Source: a virus (lineage: Duplodnaviria > Caudoviricetes). From it: 64,000 nucleotides of DNA. Under the pieces are notes generated by a model that was not told where the DNA came from, ran no database searches, and saw only the letters and a program-made list of their open reading frames with translations. This document shows positions 49,601 to 60,500 of this stretch, in pieces. Numbering within the stretch: the stretch's first letter is position 1; each line of letters starts with the position of its first letter. Location: IMG/VR virus record IMGVR_UViG_3300035429_000172, positions 2,905 to 66,904 of that record. One strand, given 5' to 3'. The position numbers were made by a program, and so were the translations under genes.

Positions 49601-52600
49601 ATAAGATTGGTAGTTTCTCGGGTAAAAGAATTGTTGCTAAGATCAAAAGCGCTGTTTCTAAGCTTAACCCAACCAATCTCATTCAGAAGTTTTCTGCTTT
49701 AGGTGACAAAATTGGTAGTTTTTCTGGTAAAAAGTTTGTTGCTAAGTTTAAGAGAGCAGTATCTAAGCTCAATCCTAAAAATTGGAGCATTATTCAAACC
49801 ATGGCCAATATCGGTGATAAAGCTGGTAGCAAATCAGGTCATGGCTTTGTTTCTAAATTTAAATCAGCTTTATCCAAACTAAATCCATTAAACCTATTCA
49901 GACGACATACCAAATCAGCAAGTGCAGCTGCTGAAAAAGCAGGTGGTACTGTTGGAACAAAAGCAACTTCTGGATTTTTAAGCAAGTTAAAGGGCGGCAA
50001 AGTATTTGGTGCTATTAAAGGCGTTGGATCCGATCTTTTCCATGGCTTCTTTAATGGCTGGTCCTTAGCCTTTGGATTAGTAGACAATGGCTTTAATATT
50101 ATCAAGGGTATCAAAGAAAAAAATTCCACTCAAAAAGCTCGTGATCTTGGTTCTGGCATTGGTGGTGGCATCGGTGCAGGAATAGGTGGAATGCTTGGTT
50201 CTATTGTTCCTGGTATTGGTACTATGGCTGGAGCCTCCTTAGGACAGGCAATAGGCAGTCAAGTCGGTAAGCTAGCTCCTGAAATTGGGAGGCTTTTAAG
50301 TGCCGGATTTAAGACTGGTATTAATACAGGCAAAGAGGTTGTAGGAGCTTACATAAAATACGCCAAAGGAGAATTCCAAGTACTTGGTGATCTTATTCAT
50401 GGGGATTTTAACAAAGCTTGGAAAGATGCTTCTAAAGGCTTCCATCAATTTAGCGATGGAATGGTAAAGTATTTTGATGAACATGGTGGAAAAGGCGTTA
50501 AATCTTGGGTTGGCAAATCAATTGATACAATAAAAAAAGGCAATTGGAAAGGCGCTTGGGATAATACCGTTAATAGCGCAAAATCAGCATGGGGCGGTTT
50601 TACTTCATGGTTTGATAAAAACATCTTAGGTAAAACTAAGAAAGCAACATCTAATTCTTCAAAATCTCCATCTACCAAAGGTAAAAAAGTCGTTAGTTTA
50701 TCAAAAGCGCGTGCTTCTAAACAGGACATAGCTAACATTAAATCTATGACAGCAGCGCTTAAAGCCTATACCACTGCTTTGAGTGGCCTTAAAGCTACTG
50801 TTAAGAAAAATGACCCATCTACAATTGTTAATAATATGAACAAATCAATTATTAACAGTACTAAAGGTTGGGATAAAGCAGCTCAACCCATTAAGAAGAT
50901 GGGTGACGCATTTAAATATCTTGCTACTTTCGCCAAAGCAATGGCAAAGAAAGATGTTTTTAAAGCTTTTAATACTGATTTGCCAAAGCTAGATAAGACA
51001 TTAAAAACTCACGTAAATTCATTAAAGACTAATCTTAATAAATTAGGTGATGCACTTAAAGGTGGCAAAAAAGGAAATGGTATTGAAAAGTATGCTAAAA
51101 AGATTGTTGACGCTTTAGCTAAGCTTACAGATAAAGCTAAAAAAGTTAATTCCCCAATTAAGACATTAAAGTCGTCATTTAGCAGCTTAAAGAGCTCACT
51201 CTCAAGTCTTGTAGGTAAAGGATCGAAAAACACTCTATTTGATAGAGTAGGGCGGGGACTAGATCGTATGCAGACTAAGTTCTATCACGTTTTACGTGGT
51301 AAGAACTCTATTCAAAACTTAATTGATAAGTTGGTTAAGAGTCTTAAAGATAGCAAACTTGATGATCTTTTGACGAAAATAGAGGGACCTTTAAAGAAGA
51401 TTGCTAATGATCTGAATAAAATGTCGTCTCCAATGAAGAACTTTGCCAAGGCTATGAGTACTTTGGGATCAACCATGAAAGTATTCCAAACTGCTAAAGG
51501 TAAGAAAAATCCTTTAGATTCAATGGTTGAAAGTTTAGAGAACTTAAAGAAAGCATTAGCTGGCGGTAAAACTAAGACTACTGTGGTCAAGGAACTTCAA
51601 GATTTAACAAAAGCTTTTGCTGGTTCTGGTGGCAAAAAATCCACAGGTGGTTTTGTTTCTGCAATTCAGAAAGTAAACGATCCACTTAAAAAGTTATCAG
51701 GGTACTTTAAGGATCTAAATAAACCGCTTGATAGTTTTAATAAATCTATCGCAGCATTTACAGGTAAAGGTAAGAAGTCTAACCCATTAGAAAATATGGC
51801 TTCTGGTTTTTCCGATTTGAAGAAAGTTTTCGATACTAAAAAGGGTAGTAAAGGCTTAGCAGATCAGATCAAAGAGATGGGCGAAGCTTTTGGTGGTAAT
51901 GGTAAAAAATCAGTTGGTTTAGCTGACAAAATTACCAAGACTAATAAGCCACTAGATACATTTACTTCCAGTTTAAAGTCCGTCGCAAATAACATTAAAC
52001 CGGTCAACAGTGGTATTAAATCCTTTAGCGATTTACTAAGTGCGTTTGCTAAGAAGAGTAATGCATTAGATAGATTTGCATCATCCTTGAAGTCATTGAA
52101 TAGTGCTTTAAAGAAGTATCCATTTGGTGACACAATCAAAGATGAAGCAAGCACAGCATACAATGCTTTAAAAGACTACAATTTTGCAAAGGAATTTAGC
52201 AGTCAAGTAAGTTCCTTAAAGTCCAGACTAAGTTCATTTAAGTCCGCTTTTAATAAGAGTTGGAAGAACCTTTGGGATAACCTCCATACAGTTAGTGCTA
52301 AAGGCTTAGATAGGGTTGATACATCTCTTTACCGTGGCTTTAAGCAATTACAAAGTAGAGCAAGTGCCTTTTATAGATCATTTAAACGCGGATGGTCTAA
52401 TTGGATAGATGATATCCAAACAATGTTCTACCGTGGGGTTAATAAATTACCTGGCTACGCTAGCTCAGCAATGCAAGATGTCATCGGAAAGATGAATAGA
52501 GGTATTGGTGGGGTTAACAAAGTTATTGGAGAATTTGGTGGAGACAAGAAACTTGGAACCATTAGATATGCTGATGGTACACATGGAGGCCATCCAGGTG

Positions 52601-53742
52601 GTCATATGCTTGTTAATGATTCTCAACGTCCTCACTGGAAAGAACTTGTTAAGTTTCCACATAGACCATGGATGATGTTTAATGACAGAAACACCTTAAT
52701 TCCGAATGCACCCGCCGGTACGCAAGTACTAAGCGGAGAAGATACTCATAAAGTGATGTCTTCAATGGGTATTCGTCATTACGCTGATGGAACTGATGAT
52801 ACATTAGATCCTGATAAAGCTGAAAAAATTATGGATGCTATTGATAAGAATCCATTAGGTGAATTAAAGAAATACTTCTATGGTGCAACTAATTTCAACG
52901 GCAGTCCATTTGTATCTGATTTCGGGCCTGCTATTTCTAACGCTTTTTTGAATGCAATTAAAGATCCTTTTAAGAAAGCAATTGATGAATTTGGCGGACA
53001 ACTAGCAAATCCTGCTGGTGCGGGTGTTACTCGTTGGATTCCGGTTATTAAACGCGCAGCCAAAGTCATGCATGTTAACTTAACAGCAGCTGGATTATCT
53101 AAGTTGCTAAGTAATATGCAACATGAATCAGGTGGTAATCCTACTATTGTTCAAACTGTTGATGACATCAATATGAGAAATGGGAATCCTGCTATTGGAT
53201 TATTCCAGTTTATACCACAAACATTTAGTTCCTATGCCGTAAGAGGTCATACTAATATTAGAAGTGGGTATGACCAAATCTTAGCGGTATTTAACGATTC
53301 TAACTGGTTTAGTGATATTGCATCTGGTGGTGGATGGGGACCATCTGGTAGACGTAGATATGCCAACGGTGGTTTTTCATATGCTCACCAACTTGCTGAA
53401 ATATCTGAGAATAATAAGCCAGAGGCAATAATTCCGCTTGATTTATCTAAGCGACCAAGAGCTTACCACATCTTGTCACAAATCATTTCAGGCTTTGCCA
53501 AAGATGAGCCAGACAATGGTGGATTTGGTAGTGCAGGTACTTCTGTACTTCAAGATGAGATTAATTCATTAAATAATAAGTTTGATACTTTAATTAGTTT
53601 AATGACAGAACTAGTTAATGGCGATCGGGTAACTAATATTAATGTTGATGGTAGAACTATTGCAAGAGCTACCAATTCCGCATTTAGAGCGCAGAATGCG
53701 TTAGATATTGAAAGAAAGAGGAGAGGCTTTAGTGGCGTTTAA
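46645..53742 (+). CDS. Tape measure protein with C-terminal lytic transglycosylase
   Basis: TP901-type core (EQTSAALGMLSNAGVEGSQAGTGLR); SLT motifs HESGGNP, GLFQF. Confidence 0.95.
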   Translation: MPTISGYKFVIDLEDRGVTMSLRNMKAAAQALKAEMRANFSILQSGEGSFAAYSQKVTDASHAIEQYGKVIANLNNRLANYGTKLTELRNQEAEQQATLDKLKNSNEENTKQYKDAEKALTKTKNSIQSLTRSRLSDLKNLQTQRAAQQSLIEQQKRAEETLKQLRTGMADYQRISKSVLSVNKSYVSSMKETGHYFKANSANIKTLKLAHQSLASQYKAEKDVAHQLELSTTTLYKRYDQERSALTRINYERNRARNELKQLTSQYGSNSTQAKNARDKVEQLNTQYTNQERRLTGLREKVTQSTEAYSKQAVQAGKTADQLVKVQRATSGFKATGLGRLTTSVGQFNTKLKESTSHTREWASSLKGGFAAVSAGAVGVTAGLGKVTSMAGEMQQKWVTAKNLMVTGSEQAVEVTKNLALMQKDASKYSKEYGISQSEIADQYTNLIKRGYNSKSALGAMKDELEATRATGDEFSDVVDSASQALDAFGLRTSDTAQMAKNTHRVLNAMAYSADLTATSFKDLSTGMAYVSAPAKQAGWDIEQTSAALGMLSNAGVEGSQAGTGLRKVIVSLTKPTKGAAAALKEAGLSIKDFQDKSGQLKPVDEIFKSINQKVAGWGSAKKGAFFKSIFGATGMQAASILAQTAGGLKANDDQLTQLIANSRKAEEGSGYVHQLAQKNMQTTKMQLERLKMTFQDLAINMGKQMLPAINNVADAFSKWSVSKDGQDAIKGISGAVGDVANAVSKHSKDIMGFFSGIVQGAKTASKWIHDVTKSVSDFFNHTPVIKDATKKVKDFFKWANTQMGGNKNNNAFVRFAGQAVGALAMLAIPLLAIRKTAQGIRAILMDVGQFKNWITGNKIVDQRAKDMRRVVELQEQSLKLTQQQIDLEKRNQGWGDATHSGEHPTGKEPTNKANMVGDVVDAVDTVTDLKGGEGEKVAKNVEKMGEKHAHFWQRGFLGKLKGWGSSLISALNPSNLIQKFADLGDKIGSFSGKRIVAKIKSAVSKLNPTNLIQKFSALGDKIGSFSGKKFVAKFKRAVSKLNPKNWSIIQTMANIGDKAGSKSGHGFVSKFKSALSKLNPLNLFRRHTKSASAAAEKAGGTVGTKATSGFLSKLKGGKVFGAIKGVGSDLFHGFFNGWSLAFGLVDNGFNIIKGIKEKNSTQKARDLGSGIGGGIGAGIGGMLGSIVPGIGTMAGASLGQAIGSQVGKLAPEIGRLLSAGFKTGINTGKEVVGAYIKYAKGEFQVLGDLIHGDFNKAWKDASKGFHQFSDGMVKYFDEHGGKGVKSWVGKSIDTIKKGNWKGAWDNTVNSAKSAWGGFTSWFDKNILGKTKKATSNSSKSPSTKGKKVVSLSKARASKQDIANIKSMTAALKAYTTALSGLKATVKKNDPSTIVNNMNKSIINSTKGWDKAAQPIKKMGDAFKYLATFAKAMAKKDVFKAFNTDLPKLDKTLKTHVNSLKTNLNKLGDALKGGKKGNGIEKYAKKIVDALAKLTDKAKKVNSPIKTLKSSFSSLKSSLSSLVGKGSKNTLFDRVGRGLDRMQTKFYHVLRGKNSIQNLIDKLVKSLKDSKLDDLLTKIEGPLKKIANDLNKMSSPMKNFAKAMSTLGSTMKVFQTAKGKKNPLDSMVESLENLKKALAGGKTKTTVVKELQDLTKAFAGSGGKKSTGGFVSAIQKVNDPLKKLSGYFKDLNKPLDSFNKSIAAFTGKGKKSNPLENMASGFSDLKKVFDTKKGSKGLADQIKEMGEAFGGNGKKSVGLADKITKTNKPLDTFTSSLKSVANNIKPVNSGIKSFSDLLSAFAKKSNALDRFASSLKSLNSALKKYPFGDTIKDEASTAYNALKDYNFAKEFSSQVSSLKSRLSSFKSAFNKSWKNLWDNLHTVSAKGLDRVDTSLYRGFKQLQSRASAFYRSFKRGWSNWIDDIQTMFYRGVNKLPGYASSAMQDVIGKMNRGIGGVNKVIGEFGGDKKLGTIRYADGTHGGHPGGHMLVNDSQRPHWKELVKFPHRPWMMFNDRNTLIPNAPAGTQVLSGEDTHKVMSSMGIRHYADGTDDTLDPDKAEKIMDAIDKNPLGELKKYFYGATNFNGSPFVSDFGPAISNAFLNAIKDPFKKAIDEFGGQLANPAGAGVTRWIPVIKRAAKVMHVNLTAAGLSKLLSNMQHESGGNPTIVQTVDDINMRNGNPAIGLFQFIPQTFSSYAVRGHTNIRSGYDQILAVFNDSNWFSDIASGGGWGPSGRRRYANGGFSYAHQLAEISENNKPEAIIPLDLSKRPRAYHILSQIISGFAKDEPDNGGFGSAGTSVLQDEINSLNNKFDTLISLMTELVNGDRVTNINVDGRTIARATNSAFRAQNALDIERKRRGFSGV

Positions 53743-54484
53743 TGAAGAGGTCCGATATGCGCAATTTGTAATGGGCGATCATAGCTCGTTAGATTTTGGT
53801 ATTCAAATCAAATATCCTTTTACTCTTGCGCATTCGACAATGGATGTTTCGGCTGTATCAATTCCCGGACATTCGGGCGATTTACTTAGTCGAAATCATA
53901 GGTTTAATAATTTTACACAAACAATTAATTTGTATGTAAGAAAACCACCAGGTTATGATACCTGGTCACGGTTAGCCGCGGACATTAATAATTGGCTGAT
54001 AGGAGATACCTATCAGCTTTTTTATTTGAGCAATTTAAGAGAATGGGTATTAGAAGCATATTTAACTCAACCACTTGCCTTAGAGCCACAGAATGACTTA
54101 GAGGCTAGTGGTTCAATAACTCTTAATTGCAAGCCCTATATGAAACGTGAAGATGGATTGCATTTTATCCCATTGAATTCTGCATTGCCGATTGTCAATA
54201 CAGAAGTAGAAACAGCAGAGCCAATCTTTCACATAGTTGGCAAGGGAGACATTAGATTATCTGTTAATGGAGATAATTATTATTTCAATAACATCGAAGA
54301 TGAGATCTACATAGATAGTGAACAAGAGTGGATTTATCGGCATAACTTTAATGAAAATATGGCGATGCACGCCGTTTTCCCAAACAATAATTTTCCCACA
54401 TTTCATCCAGGCGATAATGGTGTGTTTATTTTTGGAAATTATAGCAAAGTTGAATATAAAGCGAATTGGAGGCGATTAGTTTAG
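53708..54484 (+). CDS. Distal tail protein (Dit)
   Basis: Position after TMP; SIPGHSGDL, LNCKPY. Confidence 0.8.
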   Translation: MKERGEALVAFNEEVRYAQFVMGDHSSLDFGIQIKYPFTLAHSTMDVSAVSIPGHSGDLLSRNHRFNNFTQTINLYVRKPPGYDTWSRLAADINNWLIGDTYQLFYLSNLREWVLEAYLTQPLALEPQNDLEASGSITLNCKPYMKREDGLHFIPLNSALPIVNTEVETAEPIFHIVGKGDIRLSVNGDNYYFNNIEDEIYIDSEQEWIYRHNFNENMAMHAVFPNNNFPTFHPGDNGVFIFGNYSKVEYKANWRRLV

Positions 54485-57303
54485 TGAAATATCCTATTCT
54501 TTTGGAAAAATCTTCGGACTTAGGATCGATGGGATTAGGACCTTTGCGTGGCTTTACAAGCTTAACTACTCAAAGAGATAGAAACGCAATCCCTGTTCTT
54601 TCAGGCAGTTACGATAAAGACGACGAGATGGCAAAAGAGCTAAAACCCGGTCGAATTATTGTCACTTCTATGGGTCCTAAAGATGAAGAGCAGAACCAAA
54701 TGTTCCGCATTAGTAGCGTTGGTGGGGATGAATTAACTTCAATTTCAGTACAGGCTAATCATATTGTCGGAGATTTGGCTTATAACCTTATCAAGAATGA
54801 TATCAGTATAGCTAATGCAACGCCGGCAATGGCTTTTGATGCAATCAAAGATGCGCTTGTAGATCCTATGCCACAATTGTGGTTTACAAGTAACATTCGT
54901 AAGGTTGCCAATCTTGGATGGAGCTTCAAAGATGGTAAAGCTGTTACTAATCTCTTGATGGGTGAAGACCAGCAGGGAGACACAGTAACTAATACGATGC
55001 AAGCTTTATATCAAGGCGAGTGGGATTTTGATAATTACTGGTTAAAATTCACTGATAAAACCGATGTAATGCGTGATACAGGCATTGTAATTAAATATGG
55101 TAGACGGCTCAAATCGTTAAGTCAGGACACCAATATTGATAATACCTATAATGCAATCATGCCTTATTCCTTTTATGATCCTAGTCAAGAAAAAGAAGGT
55201 AAGATCAAAGACTATGACGCTTCTGGTGTAGTTCAATACATCGGTACTGGTGGCGCTTTGACTTATGATAGTCCATTTAAAGGGCATCATCTAAATGGAA
55301 CAGTACAAAACGGATCATACTACCATGTAAATAAAATTGTTACCAGTGGTGCTGTTAATGATGATACTTGGTATGAAATTGGCAATAACCAATGGATTGA
55401 CCAACACTTCTTCTCTTATGACAAGAGCAGAGCGTACATTGTTAATCCGATTAAGGCCAAGGGAACAATTAGACTTAATGACGCTACCAACGATACTCAA
55501 GGATTAATAGTTGATTTTAAAGGCGTTGGTACTATCGAATACGCCGGCAACGGGAAAGTGCCTTTATGGACTAGTCCTTTTGTAGGCGGTCATGAAAGTG
55601 GTCAATATATAAGTAATGGTAGTAGCTGGAAGATATATAAGAAGGCTATCGCTTATGACGGTATGGTTTGGTACTGTCTTGGAAACGACAATACTCAATG
55701 GGTTCCTTCTCAATATTTCTCTTTACAAAAAACGGGGGACTACGCAACAACCCCAACCATTGGTATTTTAAACATTACCAAAGCAAAGAAAGATAAAGAT
55801 GATGAAGGCGTAGTTGCAATGAGCTTGCCAGGCACTGGTAATAGAGTTAACTGGAATGTTGGAGTTGGATCTAAATGGAAAATTACTCAAACCGCTAAAG
55901 ATTCAAGTGATAATACTTGGTATCAAGTTAGTGCGTATATTTGGGTTAAAAATAATGACTACGTCGACTTTAAGGCTACTGGTACTGTTACTCCTGATGA
56001 GGATAGTATGCGTAATCAGATTGCACGTGCAACAGGTAGAGTACCAATTTATCATGCACCAAATGGTACAGAAGTAACTCATGATTACTTAACTATTGGT
56101 ACACAAAAGCTCATTACAGCACAAGCTCAAAACCAAGATCGTGTCTGGTATGAAATTGGAACTAATCAATGGGTAGATTCTTCGTTTTTCAGCTTTTCAG
56201 GTGATACAGATGTCCCACCGGGTCAAGATGATAGCGGGACCGCTGTTGAAATCAAAGCACAAGAAGAAACTATCATGCTTCCAGAACTTGTGATGCGTTC
56301 ACCATTTACTAGTGGTAATGAACAATTACGAATTAAACCTGTCGACTTTTCAAGTTATGGCGTTGAGAAAGATATTAATAAGCTAAGAATGCTAGCCTCT
56401 ACATATATGAAACAATATCGTATTGGCTATCCTACTAATTCATTTACTATTACTTACCAGCAAGTATGTAATGAAGTTGATTTATATGATTTAGTGAAAA
56501 TTCATTATGAAAAATTAGACATCATGGATGTGGCCGAAGTTAGTTCTGTTACATGGGATGCATTGGCTGATGAATTTACATCGATCACCTTAGGACAATT
56601 ACCTGTTGCTCCTGAACACCTGCTGGGCAATTATATTCAAAATATGGTTGATAGTGGTAAAGCTGAATCAGAAAAGCGAGCTACTCACTTGTTTGGTGAA
56701 ATGAAACAAGCAATGGAACTCAAAAATGCTGACCAAGATGCAGCAATGATTAAACTTTCTGATGAATTAGGAATGGATAGGCAAGTAGTTAGAGATAACA
56801 TGCAGCAGCTTAAAGATATGGTTACATCCATTAATGCTACTGTTTCTGATGTTCATAATTGGATTTCAAGTGGTGGTGGTGGAATTATTTCTGCTTATCC
56901 TAATTGGCAAAATCCTACAGAACTGAGAGCGCAGAGTAAAACAGGCGGTTACATGAGATTTAACTCTGATGGCTTGGAATATGTAGGACGAGATGGTGTA
57001 GCGAGAACAGCTATTGATAGTCAAGGACGACTGATTGCCGAACGTATTACGGGCGGAACCATCACAGGAATTAAACTTGAAGGTATTACAGTAGATGGAA
57101 ATTCCTATCTTCGATCAATTGGAGCTGATGGTGCAACTGCGGTTATGTCAGGCTCTCATGGTTTTTCCTATACTAGTAGCGGTAAAGAAAAAATTGCTCT
57201 TGATTGGGATAAAGATTGGGCAATATTAAGACTAGGTAGTCAGTACCTGTATGCTTCTGATATAGCTTGGATTCGTCAACAGCGTGGTGGCCGAATTCAT
57301 TAG
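54484..57303 (+). CDS. Tail-associated protein (Tal / phage tail spike-endopeptidase family) with SH3-like repeats
   Basis: QMFRI, GEWDFDNY, IKYGRRL; four WYxxGxxQW repeats. Confidence 0.8.
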   Translation: MKYPILLEKSSDLGSMGLGPLRGFTSLTTQRDRNAIPVLSGSYDKDDEMAKELKPGRIIVTSMGPKDEEQNQMFRISSVGGDELTSISVQANHIVGDLAYNLIKNDISIANATPAMAFDAIKDALVDPMPQLWFTSNIRKVANLGWSFKDGKAVTNLLMGEDQQGDTVTNTMQALYQGEWDFDNYWLKFTDKTDVMRDTGIVIKYGRRLKSLSQDTNIDNTYNAIMPYSFYDPSQEKEGKIKDYDASGVVQYIGTGGALTYDSPFKGHHLNGTVQNGSYYHVNKIVTSGAVNDDTWYEIGNNQWIDQHFFSYDKSRAYIVNPIKAKGTIRLNDATNDTQGLIVDFKGVGTIEYAGNGKVPLWTSPFVGGHESGQYISNGSSWKIYKKAIAYDGMVWYCLGNDNTQWVPSQYFSLQKTGDYATTPTIGILNITKAKKDKDDEGVVAMSLPGTGNRVNWNVGVGSKWKITQTAKDSSDNTWYQVSAYIWVKNNDYVDFKATGTVTPDEDSMRNQIARATGRVPIYHAPNGTEVTHDYLTIGTQKLITAQAQNQDRVWYEIGTNQWVDSSFFSFSGDTDVPPGQDDSGTAVEIKAQEETIMLPELVMRSPFTSGNEQLRIKPVDFSSYGVEKDINKLRMLASTYMKQYRIGYPTNSFTITYQQVCNEVDLYDLVKIHYEKLDIMDVAEVSSVTWDALADEFTSITLGQLPVAPEHLLGNYIQNMVDSGKAESEKRATHLFGEMKQAMELKNADQDAAMIKLSDELGMDRQVVRDNMQQLKDMVTSINATVSDVHNWISSGGGGIISAYPNWQNPTELRAQSKTGGYMRFNSDGLEYVGRDGVARTAIDSQGRLIAERITGGTITGIKLEGITVDGNSYLRSIGADGATAVMSGSHGFSYTSSGKEKIALDWDKDWAILRLGSQYLYASDIAWIRQQRGGRIH

Positions 57304-57319
57304 ATAGAGGGTGAAATAG

Positions 57320-57529
57320 ATGAATAACGATGCTGTTTTAACGAAAGCTTTAAACGAAATTGCTCGTTTAGAACTAATCAACTTTCGACAAGCAGTTGCA
57401 ATTGAACAACTGCAAAACGAAATCTCAATTAGAGATCAGATGAAAGGAGGTCAAAACGTAAATGACACAACCAACACTTCAACTGAACACGAACAAAAAC
57501 CTAGCGTCAGTGAAGAACATAACGATTAG
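57320..57529 (+). CDS. Small coiled-coil tail protein
   Basis: RBS, heptads, typical position. Confidence 0.6.
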   Translation: MNNDAVLTKALNEIARLELINFRQAVAIEQLQNEISIRDQMKGGQNVNDTTNTSTEHEQKPSVSEEHND

Positions 57530-60500
57530 GGACAGTGGTAATAAAGAAGTTTTAGAAGCTTATTTCTTAAACCATGAAGGACAACCTTATAATTTGGAAA
57601 ATAAGACTGTAACTTTTATGGAAAATAAAGACGGAGATAAGTTTGTTTCGGATCCTAATGTTCAAATTGTAAATGCGACGGCTGGATTTGTACGTTATAC
57701 TTTACAGAGCCAAGTACACTCTGCATCTGGTATTGCCTGGTTTGAAATTAATGACAATTCTGGATTGGTTGATTCAACTGGTAACTTCAACATTCGTGTT
57801 GAAAATGGATTGCGAGCTACTGCTGATAATACAACTTACATCGCCGCTCTTGAAAAATTAAAGCAGCAAATGGAAGCCTTGATTAGACAAGCTGATGGCG
57901 AATTGAAAGCTGAATTGCAAAAAGCGGAACAGCAATTAAATCAAGAGTTGCAGAACTTTCGTAATCAATACGGCGCTTTAAGCAATGATTTCCAGAACCA
58001 GTTTAAGGCTGCACAAAATGCTCGTCAGCAAGATTACAACAATCAAAAGAATTCCATTAATCAAGATTGGACGAATAACAAAAATCAGATCTGGGGGACA
58101 TGGAATGGTGATAAAGCTAATATTGATAGACAAGCGCAAGACACTATCAATGCTATTAAAGACAACGCTAAGCAAGTTCTTGATAAGGACCAAGCTGATT
58201 GGAATGCAAAGCAGGCTTCATGGAATGATACATTTAGTCGTATTGTTAAGGAGTGGCAAGTTAAAACAAATAGTTTAAATAGTACTGTTCAAGATTTGAC
58301 TAATAAATTTAACACTATTATCGGTCAAGTGTCTGACTTGATGAATAATAAGCTTCCTACTATGAATGCTAAAACTGATGCAGTTCAAGCAAAAGTAAAC
58401 GAGCTCAGAGCTAGTCTTGGTCAAATTGACTGGACTACTTTCGCCAGAAGAACAGATAACAGTGGAGGTGTAAATCTACTTCCTAATACTTCAACGTTTA
58501 GGCTTTTTAGTACAGGACATTATGGTGACAGTGATGCACACAACGGAATATCTATAGATCCTAAAAATCAGTATTCCTCGGATACAAACATTAATTTGGT
58601 TAAAACAAAAATAGCTCATGTGTGGGGCGACAAAGCGAAAAATGCTCCCCTCAATATTCCAGGTGGTGTGTATTTGCCCGCAGGAACATACACATTAAGT
58701 TTTCTAGCTCGAACAAACGGTAGAGATGATTCCCCAGTATTTCATTTCGGATTATATAGCGACTGGACTGATAATCATGGTGGAGCTCCGCTGGCTACTT
58801 CTGATGCTATAAACAATAAATGGGGAAGACATCAGATAACTTTTAGCATTCCAGAAAGTTATTATCATGTTACCTTGCGGATACAGCAGTATGATGATGC
58901 CGCCATTCCAGGCGGCTCCCTTTACTTTGCTAATCTAAAGCTTGAATCAGGTTCAATTGCTACTGAATGGTGTCAAAGCTATCTTGATTTTGACAGATTA
59001 GATGGTCGTCATGATCCAGTAGATTCTCCTGATTTCAATGCATTAACTAATACTGGAACGTATATGATTACTCAACCTGACCATGGTCATAATTATCCTG
59101 TTGCAACTTGGGGTATCTTAAAAGTTGATAACGCTCATGATTCACGTATTGAACAAACCTATTATGAAGACGCAAATGCAGCTCATATATGGCATCGACA
59201 ATGCATAGACGGTACGTGGAAGCCATGGAAAAAACTACCGAATAGTGATGATGTACTATCTGTATCTGGCGGAAATATGAATAAAGGTAGCTGGATTAAT
59301 TGGGATGCGCATAGTGCATACAATGCTCATGAAGGAATAATCGGTGGTGTCATGTGGAACGGAGCTTCTGATAACATTAAAATCTTTGGCGACAATAACG
59401 CAAGCGATAACTTAGATCTAGCTATTCAATTAGGCGATGATAACTCCAATCACATTTCATTTCGAAGAGCAGATGGTAATGAAGTAGCTGCTATTGATAT
59501 GAATGGTAATTTCACTGGTTGGACTAATTGGGCTAAAGTAATAAATACAGGCATTAATAATCCAACTCTTGGTAGATATATCAGTCAAAGCAACACGTGG
59601 AATGACATTATTGGTCAAGATAATGGTAAGAATGCATTAGCTGCAATTAGAGATCAATCTAACGGACAAGGCAATACGATTGGAAACTTCTCATCAGGTA
59701 TTGTCTTTGGTGGTGGCGATACTAAAGGTATGCTAAACGTTGCCTACGATAAACCTCAAGCTCGAATAATCGGCGGTAACGGGAATGGTCCTGTATGGCA
59801 CAAAGACATTGCTTGGAAAGATGATGCTAAGGTACAAGTTGTTAGAGATTATAATATTGAAACTGAACAGCCAGGGCCAAGAACAATAGAGAATGCTAAT
59901 AATCCGTGGTTAGTTGACCAAGTCACCTTAGCTACATTTGCACGAGCTCATAGAGATGTGCGAAATCACACGGATTTCAGATATCCGACAGATCAAGCTT
60001 GGAACACGGCAATTAACCTAAATAGTGATCCTTATTTAGATACGGGGATTTATAAGATAGGTAATTGTGCCATTATAAATGGGCCATGGTCTGACGTTGA
60101 TACTAGACGATGGTTATTTTTACAAGTGGCAAAATATGACGACAATTCAATCTATCAAACAATTAATTATGGTAATGGTGAACTATATAGTAGGTGCGTT
60201 TCAAAAACTACTAATTCGTATCCTGGATGGGTACAGTTTGCTACTATGGAACGAGTTGCACAGAACGTATCCTCTGTTTCTGGTAATTTACAAGCGTTTA
60301 TTATGGATCAGCTTAAAGTAAACAAGCGTGTTGATTATAGTAGTCCAACAGGAACTATTACTAATGAAACTGTTAACTTTAATGATTATCGTGAAACGGG
60401 GATTCTGAAAGTTGTTAATTGCCTTATCCAAAATGGCCCATATAGATCTGATTATCGTCATACCGTGTTCCTTAAGATAACTAATCTTGATGGTCAAACT

